Below, piece after piece: positions 21,347-31,040 of a DNA stretch of 64,000 nt (position 1 is its first letter; every line of letters begins with the position of its first letter). The stretch is from an uncultured Candidatus Rokubacteria bacterium (GTDB lineage Bacteria; Methylomirabilota; Methylomirabilia; Rokubacteriales; CSP1-6): contig CAVWFS010000016.1 of the NCBI GenBank assembly GCA_963754315.1, positions 96,001-160,000 of the forward strand, read 5' to 3'. The notes beneath the pieces were generated by a model. That model made no database searches, was not told the DNA's origin, and saw only the letters and a program-made list of their open reading frames with translations. The translations under genes were made by a program, and so were the position numbers.

Positions 21347-22474
21347 TCAGCGGACGATCTCCTCGTAGGCCAGGGTGATTAGGTCGTGGTACTCCTTGAT
21401 CGGCATCTGCCGGGAGTACTGGGCCAGATCCGACGCGCTCACCCCCTTGAAGAGTAATTCCTTCGCCTTGGGACTGATGAGGGGCAGCACCCGGTCGGGG
21501 TCGACCCCCGGATACCAGCCGAAGCGCTCGACGATGGCCTTGGCCTGGACCTCGGGCGTGGCGACGTAGTCGATGTATCGTGCCGCCATTTCGCGGTTAG
21601 CCGCCTCCCGGGGCACCACGAGGTAGAGTGGGTAGATCGGCAGGCCGGGCGCGATCAACGCGGGGGTCATCGATTGATCCATTCGGCCCTCGTTCTTCCA
21701 GGCGACGAGCTGGTCGATCCAGACCGCGCCCATCCAGACCTCGCCGCGATTGAGGGCGTCAAGAGTCCCGGCGTTGCCGTTGGTAATGAGGGCGTCGCGG
21801 TTGAAGTCGCGGAGCGCAGTCACCGCCGTGCGGATGGCCCCGTCCCTGGCCTTGTCGAAGGGACCCTGGGTGAGCTGGTTATAGAGCCCTGTCTTCCAGT
21901 ACACCCAGCCCATCGTGAAGCCAACGCCCGACACCCCGCCCTTGATGCCGTTGTAGCCAAACTTGCCCGGGTTGGCCTTGACCCAGGCGGTGAGATCCTC
22001 GAATGACTTCGGTGGCATGGCGACCTTGGCTGGGTTGTAGGCGATGGCGATCTGGTTGTGGAACATGGGGACCACGTAGCCGTCGACCTTGACGCCGAAC
22101 GCTTCCTTGACCTCCGCGCCCTTGACCAGGGCGGCGTTCTTCATCTGCGGGACGTAGGCATGGAGCAGTCCTTCCTTCACCATCTGCGAGGCGACCGCCA
22201 TGCTCACCAGGGCGACGTCGATGTCCCAGCCCTTGCGGCCGGTGTCGGCCTGCGCCTTGATCTTCGTGTAAATCGCGCGGCTGGCCGGCTCGCCGGTGCC
22301 GGTGCCGACCACGTTCAGGTCGACGTCAGGTGCCTGGGCCTTGAATCCTGGACCGAGCACCGTCTTGTGCACCTCGACCACGTTCACGTCAGCGCCGATC
22401 GCCACGTTGAGCCGGGTGGCGGCCGACGCCGGGACCGTGAGGATGAGCAGCAGGGTCAGGAGTCTGACGTGCAT
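21347..22474 (-). CDS. ABC substrate-binding protein (PotD/PotF-like family)
   Basis: Signal peptide; IAYNP..PPKSFEDL..NPGKFGY. Confidence 0.85.
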   Translation of the reverse strand: MHVRLLTLLLILTVPASAATRLNVAIGADVNVVEVHKTVLGPGFKAQAPDVDLNVVGTGTGEPASRAIYTKIKAQADTGRKGWDIDVALVSMAVASQMVKEGLLHAYVPQMKNAALVKGAEVKEAFGVKVDGYVVPMFHNQIAIAYNPAKVAMPPKSFEDLTAWVKANPGKFGYNGIKGGVSGVGFTMGWVYWKTGLYNQLTQGPFDKARDGAIRTAVTALRDFNRDALITNGNAGTLDALNRGEVWMGAVWIDQLVAWKNEGRMDQSMTPALIAPGLPIYPLYLVVPREAANREMAARYIDYVATPEVQAKAIVERFGWYPGVDPDRVLPLISPKAKELLFKGVSASDLAQYSRQMPIKEYHDLITLAYEEIVR

Positions 22475-22520
22475 CGCTACCTCCTTGTCGACGGGCCACC
22501 TTGGTGCAGCGGCTCCGCGC

Positions 22521-23564
22521 TCAGTGTTCCCCTTCCTCGTACACACGCAGGCCATCGGATGCGATCCGGACCGTCACCGGGCCCTCCTCGACCGGCTCGG
22601 GGCTATCGGCCAGGAGCAAGGTGTTGCCCACCCGCACGTAGTGGCGGTAGAACGCGCCGAGGAACAGTCGCTCCTCGACGTGCCCGGCCAGCGTATTGCC
22701 ATCGCCGCTCGCACCTCGCGGCTCCAAGGTCACGTCGGATGAGCGGACTACCACCACCACCGCGCCGTGCGCGGGGCCGTTGTAGGGCAGACACTGGCCA
22801 GCTATGTGCAGCACGCCCGTCTCCGTCCGTCCCTCGCAGCGGGTGCTCACGCCCAGGAAGTCGGCGGCGAACACGCTGACCGGGCGGCGGTAGACCTCTT
22901 CGGGTGTGCCCGCCTGCACGACCCGTCCGCCGTGGAGGAGCACGACCCGATCGGCGATGGCGAGCGCTTCTTCCTGGTCGTGGGTGACATAGATGGTCGT
23001 GATTCCCACCCGCCGCTGCAGACGCCGCACCTCGACCCGGAGACGCTGGCGTACCTTGGCATCCAGATTCGACAGCGGTTCGTCGAGCAGGAGCACCCGT
23101 GGCTCGATCACGAGCGCGCGCGCGAGGGCTACCCGCTGCTGCTGGCCGCCCGACAGCGCCCCGGGCCTGCGGCGCGACATCGCCTCGACGTCGCCGATCT
23201 CGACGAGGGCGAGCGTGTCGAGCACACGGCGTCGCACCTCGACTGCGCCGACGCGCCGCAGGCGCAGGCCGTAGGCGACGTTGTCGAACACGGTCATGTG
23301 AGGCCAGAGCGCGTAGTTCTGAAACACCATGGCCGTGCCGCGCCCCTGGGGCGGCTGCCCCGTCACGTCGTCGCCAGCGAAGCGGATTGTGCCGGCGTCC
23401 ACGGAAATGAAGCCGGCGATGGACCGCAACAGGGTGGTCTTGCCGCAGCCCGAAGGACCGAGGATCGCCGATAGGCGTCCGGGCTCGAACGCTAAGGTCA
23501 CGTCACGCAGGGCCTCGACCTGGCCGTAGCGCTTGTAGACACGCTCGACCGTCACCGGGATCAT
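22521..23564 (-). CDS. ABC ATP-binding protein (PotA-like)
   Basis: GPSGCGKTT, LSGGQQQRVALARAL and YVTHDQEEA. Confidence 0.95.
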   Translation of the reverse strand: MIPVTVERVYKRYGQVEALRDVTLAFEPGRLSAILGPSGCGKTTLLRSIAGFISVDAGTIRFAGDDVTGQPPQGRGTAMVFQNYALWPHMTVFDNVAYGLRLRRVGAVEVRRRVLDTLALVEIGDVEAMSRRRPGALSGGQQQRVALARALVIEPRVLLLDEPLSNLDAKVRQRLRVEVRRLQRRVGITTIYVTHDQEEALAIADRVVLLHGGRVVQAGTPEEVYRRPVSVFAADFLGVSTRCEGRTETGVLHIAGQCLPYNGPAHGAVVVVVRSSDVTLEPRGASGDGNTLAGHVEERLFLGAFYRHYVRVGNTLLLADSPEPVEEGPVTVRIASDGLRVYEEGEH

Positions 23565-23691
23565 CGGCGATGAGTCTAGCGCGTCGCGCCGCGCGCTGCG
23601 CGTGACAGCACCGTTACGGGGCCTTTCCCAAACGATTCCCGACCCGGCCCGCGGAGTCTATTGGGAAGGTGCCGTGCTGTATGATCGCGCC

Positions 23692-24759
23692 GTGCAGCTG
23701 CCGCTCCAGCCGCCTATCCGGCCGATGCTAGCCAAGCTCGTAGAGATCCTCCCCGAGGGCGAGGGATGGCTCTACGAGCCGAAATGGGACGGCTTCCGGG
23801 TTCTGCTCTTTCGTGACGGCCAGGAGTGGCTCCTGCAGAGCCGTGATCTCAAATCCCTGAATCGTTACTTTCCCGAGCTCGAAGCCGTCGTCATGGAGCA
23901 ACTTCCCGCGCGCGCGGTGGTCGACGGGGAGCTCGTCATCGTCGGCCCGAACGGCCTCGACTTCGAGGCTCTGCAGCTGCGCATCCATCCGGCGGCATCA
24001 CGCGTCAAGCTCCTCTCCGAGGAAAGCCCGGCGTCGCTCGTGCTGTGGGACCTCCTGTGCGAGGGAGACGAGGATCTGAGCACACGCCCCTTCGCGGATC
24101 GGCGCGCTCGACTCGAGCGAGCGTTCGCCGCAGCCCGGCCGCCGCTGCACGTGACCCCGATCACCCGCGACCGCGCCGTCGCCGCCGATTGGTTCGAGCG
24201 GTTCGAAGGCGCCGGACTGGATGGCGTCATGGCCAAGGCGGCCGATGGAATCTACACGCCTGATCAGCGCACCATGCTCAAGGTCAAGCACAAGCGCACC
24301 GTCGACGTCGTCCTCGCCGGATTCCGATGGCACAAGAACGAGCAGGGCACGGCCGTGGGCTCACTGCTCCTCGGGCTGTTTGACGAGCACGGCATCCTTC
24401 AGCACGTGGGCGTGGCCGCGAGCTTCACCGCGGCCGAGCGTCGCAGACTGGTCGGCGAGTTGGCCCCCCTTCGAGAGAACGCCGTTGCCGACCACCCCTG
24501 GCAGTCGTGGGCCACCAGCGAGCAACGCGTGCCGGGAGCAATGAGCCGGTGGAGTCGGGACAAGACCCTGGAATGGGAGCCGCTGCGGCCCGAGCGCGTG
24601 CTCGAAGTCTCGTTCGACCACATGCAGGGCAGCCGATTTCGCCACACCGCGCACTTCGTTCGCTGGCGCCCGGATAAGGAGCCGGCGGCGTGCACCTATG
24701 CCCAGCTCGAGGTGACTCCCCCCTACGAGCTCGAGCGGATCTTCTCCCACGGATCGTAG
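23692..24759 (+). CDS. ligC: ATP-dependent DNA ligase, LigC type
   Basis: PMLAK, YEPKWDGFR (KxDG), DGVMAK, KVKH and RWRPDK..CTYAQLE; TATGAT lies 6 nt before the GTG. Confidence 0.9.
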   Translation: MQLPLQPPIRPMLAKLVEILPEGEGWLYEPKWDGFRVLLFRDGQEWLLQSRDLKSLNRYFPELEAVVMEQLPARAVVDGELVIVGPNGLDFEALQLRIHPAASRVKLLSEESPASLVLWDLLCEGDEDLSTRPFADRRARLERAFAAARPPLHVTPITRDRAVAADWFERFEGAGLDGVMAKAADGIYTPDQRTMLKVKHKRTVDVVLAGFRWHKNEQGTAVGSLLLGLFDEHGILQHVGVAASFTAAERRRLVGELAPLRENAVADHPWQSWATSEQRVPGAMSRWSRDKTLEWEPLRPERVLEVSFDHMQGSRFRHTAHFVRWRPDKEPAACTYAQLEVTPPYELERIFSHGS

Positions 24760-25973
24760 TCCGGATCGGGCGGCTCCTCGGATGGCCGTTGGTCGGGGGG
24801 AACTCGGCGCAGGTTGACGCGGATCCGAGTCCAGGTCGTCGAGCGGCCGCGCATGGTGTCCACGAGCACGTCCTCGTCCTCGACGTGGGATGCGGCCTCG
24901 GGGTGACGCTCGCGCCATCGAGCCAGTCCGGCCAGGGCGTCCTCCTTCTTCGCCGCTTTGGCTACCGTGATGAGCGGCATCGTCCTTCGCTTCGAGGGCT
25001 GGACTCGAGGCGGTTCCCCAGCTTGCTTCCGGTAGTGAGGGGGCCAGGGCGCGTCGCCCAGCCCTTCCGCGTCGTGACGCGCGGCCAGCTCGAGAAGCGA
25101 CTCCAGCGAGCAGGCGCTCTCGTCCATGCCTGCCGCAAGGTCACCCCGCTGCGCGTAGCGCGCGGGCATTGTCCTCAGCGTGAAATCGCCGAGCTCGCAG
25201 GACGGTACTTCTTCCCAGGAGAGAGGCGCCGAGACCCGGCCGTCGGGGGTGGGTCGCACGGAATAGGCCGAGGCGACGGTGCGATCCTTGGCGTTCTGGT
25301 TATAGTCGAGAAAGACCCCGTGACGCTCTTCCTTCCACCATTTGCTGGTGACGAGGTCGGGCGCGCGACGTTCGACCTCGCGCGCGAGCGCCAAGGCAGC
25401 CCGCCGCACGTCGTCGAACCCCCATCGTGGTTCGATCCGCACGTAGACGTGCATACCCCGGGACCCCGAGGTCTTGGGCCATCCCACGAGGCCAAAATCG
25501 GCGAGCGCTTCATGGACGAGGCCGGCCGCCGCCCGAATGCTGTCAAAGCCCACGCCAGGACCGGGATCCAGGTCCACGCGCAACTCGTCGGGGTGATCCA
25601 GATCGGTGGCCCGGACGGGGTGCGGGTTGAGGTCGATGCAGCCCAGATTCACGAGCCACGCAAGCTGCGCGAGATCGGTCACGACGATCTCGTCGGCCGT
25701 TCGTCCTGAAGGAAACGCGAGCGATATCGTCTTGACCCACTCGGGACGTTTCGTTGGTGCCCGCTTCTGGAAAAAGAAGTCCCCCTCCGCGCCGTTTGGG
25801 TAGCGTTTCAGCACGATAGGACGGTTGAAGATGCCGCGAAGAGCCCCGTCACCGACGGCGAGGTAGTAGCGGACCAGGTCCATCTTGGTGATGCCGGCCT
25901 CGGGAAAGTAGAGCTTTTCTGGGTTTGAAACCTTTACTGGGCGCCCTACGATCTCCAGGATCTCAGCGTTCAT
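24723..25973 (-). CDS. Stand-alone LigD-type primase-polymerase (Prim-PolC-like) with C-terminal extension
   Basis: FFQKR, RVDLDP, KTSGSRGMH, FLDYNQN and AYSVR AEP motifs. Confidence 0.9.
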   Translation of the reverse strand: MNAEILEIVGRPVKVSNPEKLYFPEAGITKMDLVRYYLAVGDGALRGIFNRPIVLKRYPNGAEGDFFFQKRAPTKRPEWVKTISLAFPSGRTADEIVVTDLAQLAWLVNLGCIDLNPHPVRATDLDHPDELRVDLDPGPGVGFDSIRAAAGLVHEALADFGLVGWPKTSGSRGMHVYVRIEPRWGFDDVRRAALALAREVERRAPDLVTSKWWKEERHGVFLDYNQNAKDRTVASAYSVRPTPDGRVSAPLSWEEVPSCELGDFTLRTMPARYAQRGDLAAGMDESACSLESLLELAARHDAEGLGDAPWPPHYRKQAGEPPRVQPSKRRTMPLITVAKAAKKEDALAGLARWRERHPEAASHVEDEDVLVDTMRGRSTTWTRIRVNLRRVPPDQRPSEEPPDPDYDPWEKIRSSS

Positions 25974-26076
25974 ATTGGTCGACACCTCGACTATAAACTC
26001 CTGCCGAAGGCGCGGTCAGCTTCCGGGGAGCGCCACCCCACCCGAACCGGCCGGGCTACAATGCCGGACAGACGGT

Positions 26077-26472
26077 ATGCTCGACGAGATCCGCCGCGTC
26101 CTCGAGGATGAGGCCGACCTCGCGTTTGCCCTGGTGTTCGGGTCAGCCGGCCGGGGCACGCTAGGGCCGACTAGCGATGTCGATGTGGCGGTTGAGTTCC
26201 GCCCCGAAGCCGCGCCCGACCGGGTGACCCTCGGCCGTCTGGCGGCCCGGCTGGAGTCGGCGGCGCGACGCCGGGTCGACCTGGTTCTCCTGGACAAAGC
26301 TCCCGTCGCCCTCAGCTACCGGATCTTCCGTGACGGCCGCGTGCTCCTGGAGCGGGATCAGCCGGCCCTGGTCCGGCGCAAGGCACAGGCTATTCTGCAG
26401 TACCTCGATTTTAAGCCTGTGGAGGAGCGCTGTGCCGAGGGCGTGCTCCGTGCCGCGGCACGCCGTGGTTGA
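26077..26472 (+). CDS. mntA: MNT nucleotidyltransferase antitoxin (type VII TA)
   Basis: GS-X10-DXD motif: GSAGRGTLGPTSDVD. Confidence 0.88.
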   Translation: MLDEIRRVLEDEADLAFALVFGSAGRGTLGPTSDVDVAVEFRPEAAPDRVTLGRLAARLESAARRRVDLVLLDKAPVALSYRIFRDGRVLLERDQPALVRRKAQAILQYLDFKPVEERCAEGVLRAAARRG

Positions 26473-26884
26473 CCGCGCCCGTCTCGCCAAGCAGGTCGCA
26501 ACGGTCCGCGACGCCGTTGCCAGGATCCGTGCCGTGCTCCCGTCGTCTGTCGAGACGTTCGAGGGCGATCGGACAGCTCGGGAGGTCGTCGTGCTGAATC
26601 TGTTCATCGGGATCCAGGCCTGTCTCGACCTTGCCGCTCACTGGCTGGCCGACGAGGGCTGGGACGTTCCCCAGCAGTACGGCGAGATCTTCTTGGGCCT
26701 TGCTGATCACGGGGTCATCTCGCGTCCCCTTGCCCTCCGGCTCGTGGCGGCGGCCGGGCTCCGCAATCTCGTGGCCCACCAGTACGGCGCCCTTGACTGG
26801 GCACGCATCTATGCCACAGCGTCGGCCTCGGACCTGGACGACCTCGAGGCGTTTTGTGCGGCGCTCGCAGCCAAGCTTCGGTGA
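26465..26884 (+). CDS. hepT: HEPN/DUF86 RNase toxin (type VII TA)
   Basis: R-X4-H-X-Y motif RNLVAHQY; overlaps the mntA stop. Confidence 0.88.
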   Translation: MVDRARLAKQVATVRDAVARIRAVLPSSVETFEGDRTAREVVVLNLFIGIQACLDLAAHWLADEGWDVPQQYGEIFLGLADHGVISRPLALRLVAAAGLRNLVAHQYGALDWARIYATASASDLDDLEAFCAALAAKLR

Positions 26885-26918
26885 GATCGAGCCAAGGTCA
26901 GCGCACGGCGGGACACGG

Positions 26919-27923
26919 TCAGGTCCTGGTCTGAGGGTTGAGCAGCGGGTAGAGCAGATCCACGCCAAGGTTGATGACGACATACACGATCGTGGTGAGC
27001 AGGGTGAAGGCCATGATGGCTGGATAGTCCTGGTTCTCGACGGCGGTGACGGCATAGAGCCCAAGGCCCGGCCACGAGAAGATCGTCTCGGTGATGACCA
27101 CGCCGCCGATGAGCTGGCCGAGCTGGATACCCACCACGGTGACGATCGGCACAGAGGCATTGCGTAAGGCGTGCTTGAGGACCACCCTGGGCTCGGGCAG
27201 GCCCTTGGCGCGCGCCGTGCGCAAGTAGTCCTCGTGAAGAATGTCGAGCATGGCAGCTCGGGTAATACGCGTGATCATGGCCAGCGAGATCACGGACAGA
27301 ATCGAGGCGGGCAGGATGAGGTGACGAAGCGCGTCGCCGAATACCACGAGTTGCCCGCTCAGCAGGGAATCGACGAGGTACAGGCCTGTGATGGTCGGCG
27401 GCGGCGTCACCCCGACGGCGAGCCGGCCACCGGCCGGCAGAAGATCGAGCTGTCGATAGAAGACCAGCACGGCCATCAGGCCCAGCCAGAAGATGGGCAT
27501 GGAGCCGAGGAACACCGAGCCGGGGGTGATCAACCGGTCGAGCCAGCGGCCGGCCCGGATGGCCGAAACCACGCCGAGGGGGATTCCAATGAGCGCGCTG
27601 ATGGCGATGGCGGCCAGGGCCAGCTCCACCGAGGCCGGCCAGAATTTTCGAAGATCCTCGCTCACGGGCTTGTTGTTGACCATGGACCGCCCGAAGTCGC
27701 CCAGGAGCGCGCTGCGCATATAAAAGACGTAGCGGATCACCATCGGCCGGTCGAGCCCCAGGCGCTCTCGGGCATGGGCAATCATCTCGGGTGTGGCGTC
27801 CCCGCCGCCGGCAGCGATGAATGCGGGGTCGCCGGGCAGGTACTGGCTCAGGACGAACACGGCCAGCGAGATGGCAGCCATGAGCACGGCCAGGAGCGGC
27901 AGTCGTCCGAGGACCAGCCTCAT
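26919..27923 (-). CDS. Peptide/nickel ABC permease (DppB-like)
   Basis: PGDP, LGLDRP, DYLRTARAKGL, HALRNA and DLLYPLLNP. Confidence 0.92.
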   Translation of the reverse strand: MRLVLGRLPLLAVLMAAISLAVFVLSQYLPGDPAFIAAGGGDATPEMIAHARERLGLDRPMVIRYVFYMRSALLGDFGRSMVNNKPVSEDLRKFWPASVELALAAIAISALIGIPLGVVSAIRAGRWLDRLITPGSVFLGSMPIFWLGLMAVLVFYRQLDLLPAGGRLAVGVTPPPTITGLYLVDSLLSGQLVVFGDALRHLILPASILSVISLAMITRITRAAMLDILHEDYLRTARAKGLPEPRVVLKHALRNASVPIVTVVGIQLGQLIGGVVITETIFSWPGLGLYAVTAVENQDYPAIMAFTLLTTIVYVVINLGVDLLYPLLNPQTRT

Positions 27924-28762
27924 CGCGTGCGACGTGCCGGATCGAGCGCGTCGCGCACCCGCTCGCCCAAGATGTTGAAGGCCAGCACCACGAGGAAGAT
28001 GGCAAGGCCCGGGAACGTGGCGTACCACGGGTAGTCGAGCAGGTATTTTCGTCCGATGGTCACCATCGCACCCCATTCCGGCAGCGGGGGCTGGGCGCCT
28101 ACACCCAGGAAGGACAGCGCGGCAAGCAACAGAATGGCCAGACTCACGTCGATGGTGGCCTTGACGAGGACGGGCGCGTAACAGTTCGGCAAGAGGTGCC
28201 TCAGCATGATCCACCACGCGTGCTGGCCGAGGGCCTGCGATGCCAGAACGAACTCGCGCTGTCGATAGACAAGGACCTGGGCCCGCATGAGGCGCGCGTA
28301 CTGAGCCCACCAGGTGAGGCTGAGTGCCAGCACGCAAGTCACCAACCCACGCCCCATGACCGAGGTGATGGCGAGCGCCCAGACGATTTGCGGCAAGGCC
28401 AGGAAGAATTCGGTGACCCGCATCAGCGCCTCGTCGGTACGGCGACCCGCATAGCCGATGCCGAGCCCGGCCAGCGAGCCCACCGTGAGGGAAAGCACGA
28501 TCAGGGAGAGGGCGGCCACGAGAGTTGGGCGCGCTCCGTAGACTACCCGCGCCCACAGATCACGGCCGTTCTCGTCCGTTCCCAGGGCGTGAGCGAGGCT
28601 CGGTGGCTGCAGGCGCTCCAGGAACACGATGGCGTTCGGGTCGCGCCGCGTGAAGAGCTGCGGAGCAAAGGTCATGGCGAGAGCGACGAGGACGACGGCG
28701 GTCGCGGCCATCACGGATAGGTCGCCGCGAAAGAACGCGACACCGGGCAAGCGCCTGCCCAA
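27920..28762 (-). CDS. Peptide/nickel ABC permease (DppC-like)
   Basis: LGTDENGRD, RHLLPN, LSFLGVG..PEWG and RDALDP. Confidence 0.92.
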   Translation of the reverse strand: MGRRLPGVAFFRGDLSVMAATAVVLVALAMTFAPQLFTRRDPNAIVFLERLQPPSLAHALGTDENGRDLWARVVYGARPTLVAALSLIVLSLTVGSLAGLGIGYAGRRTDEALMRVTEFFLALPQIVWALAITSVMGRGLVTCVLALSLTWWAQYARLMRAQVLVYRQREFVLASQALGQHAWWIMLRHLLPNCYAPVLVKATIDVSLAILLLAALSFLGVGAQPPLPEWGAMVTIGRKYLLDYPWYATFPGLAIFLVVLAFNILGERVRDALDPARRTR

Positions 28763-28779
28763 AGGCCCTCCGGATATGG

Positions 28780-29436
28780 TCAGCGAACGCCCAGGCGCGC
28801 GAGCAAATCTGCGAGAGGAACGTCGGCGAGCGAGGCGAGCGTGAGATCGGCGGCGGCGAGGTCGAGGCGCGCGGTCAGGGGATTGGGCACCGCAATACAG
28901 GTCAATCCGGCGCGCTTGGCAGCCAGCACGCCGTTGGGTGAGTCCTCCAGCGCCACCGCCTGGCGGGCGGGCACGCCGGTCGCCTCGAGGACGGCCAGGT
29001 ACAGCGCGGGATCCGGCTTCACGCGCGCCACGTCGTCGGCGCAGCGGACCACATCGAAACGATCGCGCAGCCCCAGCCGCGTCAGGTGTCCCTCGACCCA
29101 GGCTCGGCTGGAGGAGGAGGCCACACCGAGCGAGAGACCGAGACGCTGCGCCTCGTCCACATACTCGCGAACACCGGGGAGGACGGGCTGCAGCGCGATC
29201 AGCGCGTCAGCCCGCAGGCGATGGCTGCGCAGCAGGGGGGCGGTCTCGAGGGGCCGGCCGAGCAGCCCCTGGAGATCGAGGCAGGGATCGAACGTGTCGG
29301 CGGTGCCGATGCATTCGGCCCATCGAGCGAAGTCGAGCTGATGACCATGCTCGGCGTAGATGGCCTGCCAGGCGTCGTAGACCGGCGCTTCCGTGTCGAG
29401 GATGAGACCGTCGAAGTCGAAGATGACCAGTTGCAC
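28780..29436 (-). CDS. HAD family phosphatase
   Basis: DFDGLILDTE, KPDP and EDSPNG motifs. Confidence 0.92.
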   Translation of the reverse strand: MQLVIFDFDGLILDTEAPVYDAWQAIYAEHGHQLDFARWAECIGTADTFDPCLDLQGLLGRPLETAPLLRSHRLRADALIALQPVLPGVREYVDEAQRLGLSLGVASSSSRAWVEGHLTRLGLRDRFDVVRCADDVARVKPDPALYLAVLEATGVPARQAVALEDSPNGVLAAKRAGLTCIAVPNPLTARLDLAAADLTLASLADVPLADLLARLGVR

Positions 29437-29443
29437 GCCGGGT

Positions 29444-31018
29444 TCAACGCTCCCGGTACATGTCGTAATAGCGGAAGGACACGCGGTCGCCGAGGTACAC
29501 GAAGCCCTTGACGTCCTTGCGAGCCACAAACTTGTCGACGATACGGCCGTTGACGATGAGGGCGGCGTCGCGCCATACCAGCTCGGCCGCCTGCCGCTCA
29601 AGCTTCAGCTCACGGTCGCGCTCGGTGGTGGTCATGGCCTCGTTGACGAGCTTGTCGTAATCGGGGTTGGCGTAGTAGGTGAAGTTCCGTCCGCCCTTCA
29701 TCGGGCTCGCCTCGGAGTGGTACATGTTGAACAGGAAATCGAGGGCAGTGGGGACAAACATCGGACGGAAGTACCCGAACAGGTGAATGGCCGTGTTCGG
29801 ATCGCGGGTGGTCCCCCAATCGGTAGCCTTCTTGACGAGAGCCGGCCACGTGTCGTCGTAGAACTCGACGGTGATGTTCTGCTTGATCAGCTCCGCCTGG
29901 AACAGCTCGAAGATGGCTCGCTTGTCCACGTCGCCCTTCTGGGACTGAAAGCGTAGGCTGAGGCCGCCGTTTGGATAGCCCGCTTCGGTGAGAAGGTTCT
30001 TGGCGCGCCCCGGATTGTAGGGGTAGGGATTCTCGAGCTTCCAGTCCTTGCCCAGGATGGGTGTGAAGAGCGGTCCTGGGTTGGCCGCGTGGCCCGTAAT
30101 GGCGTTGAAGGCCTCCTGATTCCACAGATGATGCAGCGCCTTCCGCACGCGGAAGTCCTTGGTGGGAGCCACGTTTGTGTTGAGGTAGGTCACCATCAAG
30201 CTTGTGCCGAGCTTCTCGTAGACGGTCAGGTTCTGGTTGCGCTTGAGGGCGGGCAGCGAATCCTTGGTGACATTCTCGGAAAAGTCCAGCTCGCCCTTCT
30301 CGATCATGAGGCGCTGGGTCTCGGGCTCGTAGACGTGGCGCAGGTTGATGGTGGTGAATTTGCCCGCGGGCCAGCCGCGCCAGTAGAGTGGATTCTTCTT
30401 GCCCACGTGGATGATATTGGGCTCCCACTTCTCGAGCACATAGGGTCCTGTCCCCGCGGTGTGATCGCGCAGCCAGCCCTGAGCCTGGTCGCCCTTGTCC
30501 GCTTCCTTGAGGGCCTTGGGGCTCACGATCAACAGGAAGCGCAAGCCGGGCAGGAACATGTTATTCGGCTGCTCGAGGTGGAACACCACCGTGTTCGGCG
30601 AGGGCGTCTCTACCTTCGTCACCGGCTTGATCCAGAGATAGGTGGCCTTCTTGAGGGCCTGCGCCCGCTCCACGGACTGCTTCACGGCCGCCGCGTCGAA
30701 CGGGGTGCCATCGCTGAACTTGACCCCGTCGCGGAGCTTGAACGTATAGGTCTTGCCGTCCTTGGATACGGACCAGGAAGTGGCCAGGACGGGGCGCAGC
30801 GACGCGAGGTCGTCGTTGACATCGAGCAAGGACTCATAGAAGTTGTTGCCGGTCCACCAGAGAGTGTCGAGGGCGCCGGCATGCGGGTCGTAGGAGCCGA
30901 GTTGCGCGTACTTGCCGACATTCAGGACGTTTTCTGACTGGGCCGTGACCCCATGAGGCATGGCGAGGGTCAGCGCGCCCATGAGGGTCGCGACGATCGA
31001 GCGGATGTGGGGTCCCAT
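29444..31018 (-). CDS. Peptide/nickel-family ABC substrate-binding protein
   Basis: LATSWSVSKDGKTYTFKLRDGVKFSDG and GTGPY. Confidence 0.92.
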   Translation of the reverse strand: MGPHIRSIVATLMGALTLAMPHGVTAQSENVLNVGKYAQLGSYDPHAGALDTLWWTGNNFYESLLDVNDDLASLRPVLATSWSVSKDGKTYTFKLRDGVKFSDGTPFDAAAVKQSVERAQALKKATYLWIKPVTKVETPSPNTVVFHLEQPNNMFLPGLRFLLIVSPKALKEADKGDQAQGWLRDHTAGTGPYVLEKWEPNIIHVGKKNPLYWRGWPAGKFTTINLRHVYEPETQRLMIEKGELDFSENVTKDSLPALKRNQNLTVYEKLGTSLMVTYLNTNVAPTKDFRVRKALHHLWNQEAFNAITGHAANPGPLFTPILGKDWKLENPYPYNPGRAKNLLTEAGYPNGGLSLRFQSQKGDVDKRAIFELFQAELIKQNITVEFYDDTWPALVKKATDWGTTRDPNTAIHLFGYFRPMFVPTALDFLFNMYHSEASPMKGGRNFTYYANPDYDKLVNEAMTTTERDRELKLERQAAELVWRDAALIVNGRIVDKFVARKDVKGFVYLGDRVSFRYYDMYRER

Positions 31019-31040
31019 GTAGCATCCTCCGGTTGTGGTG

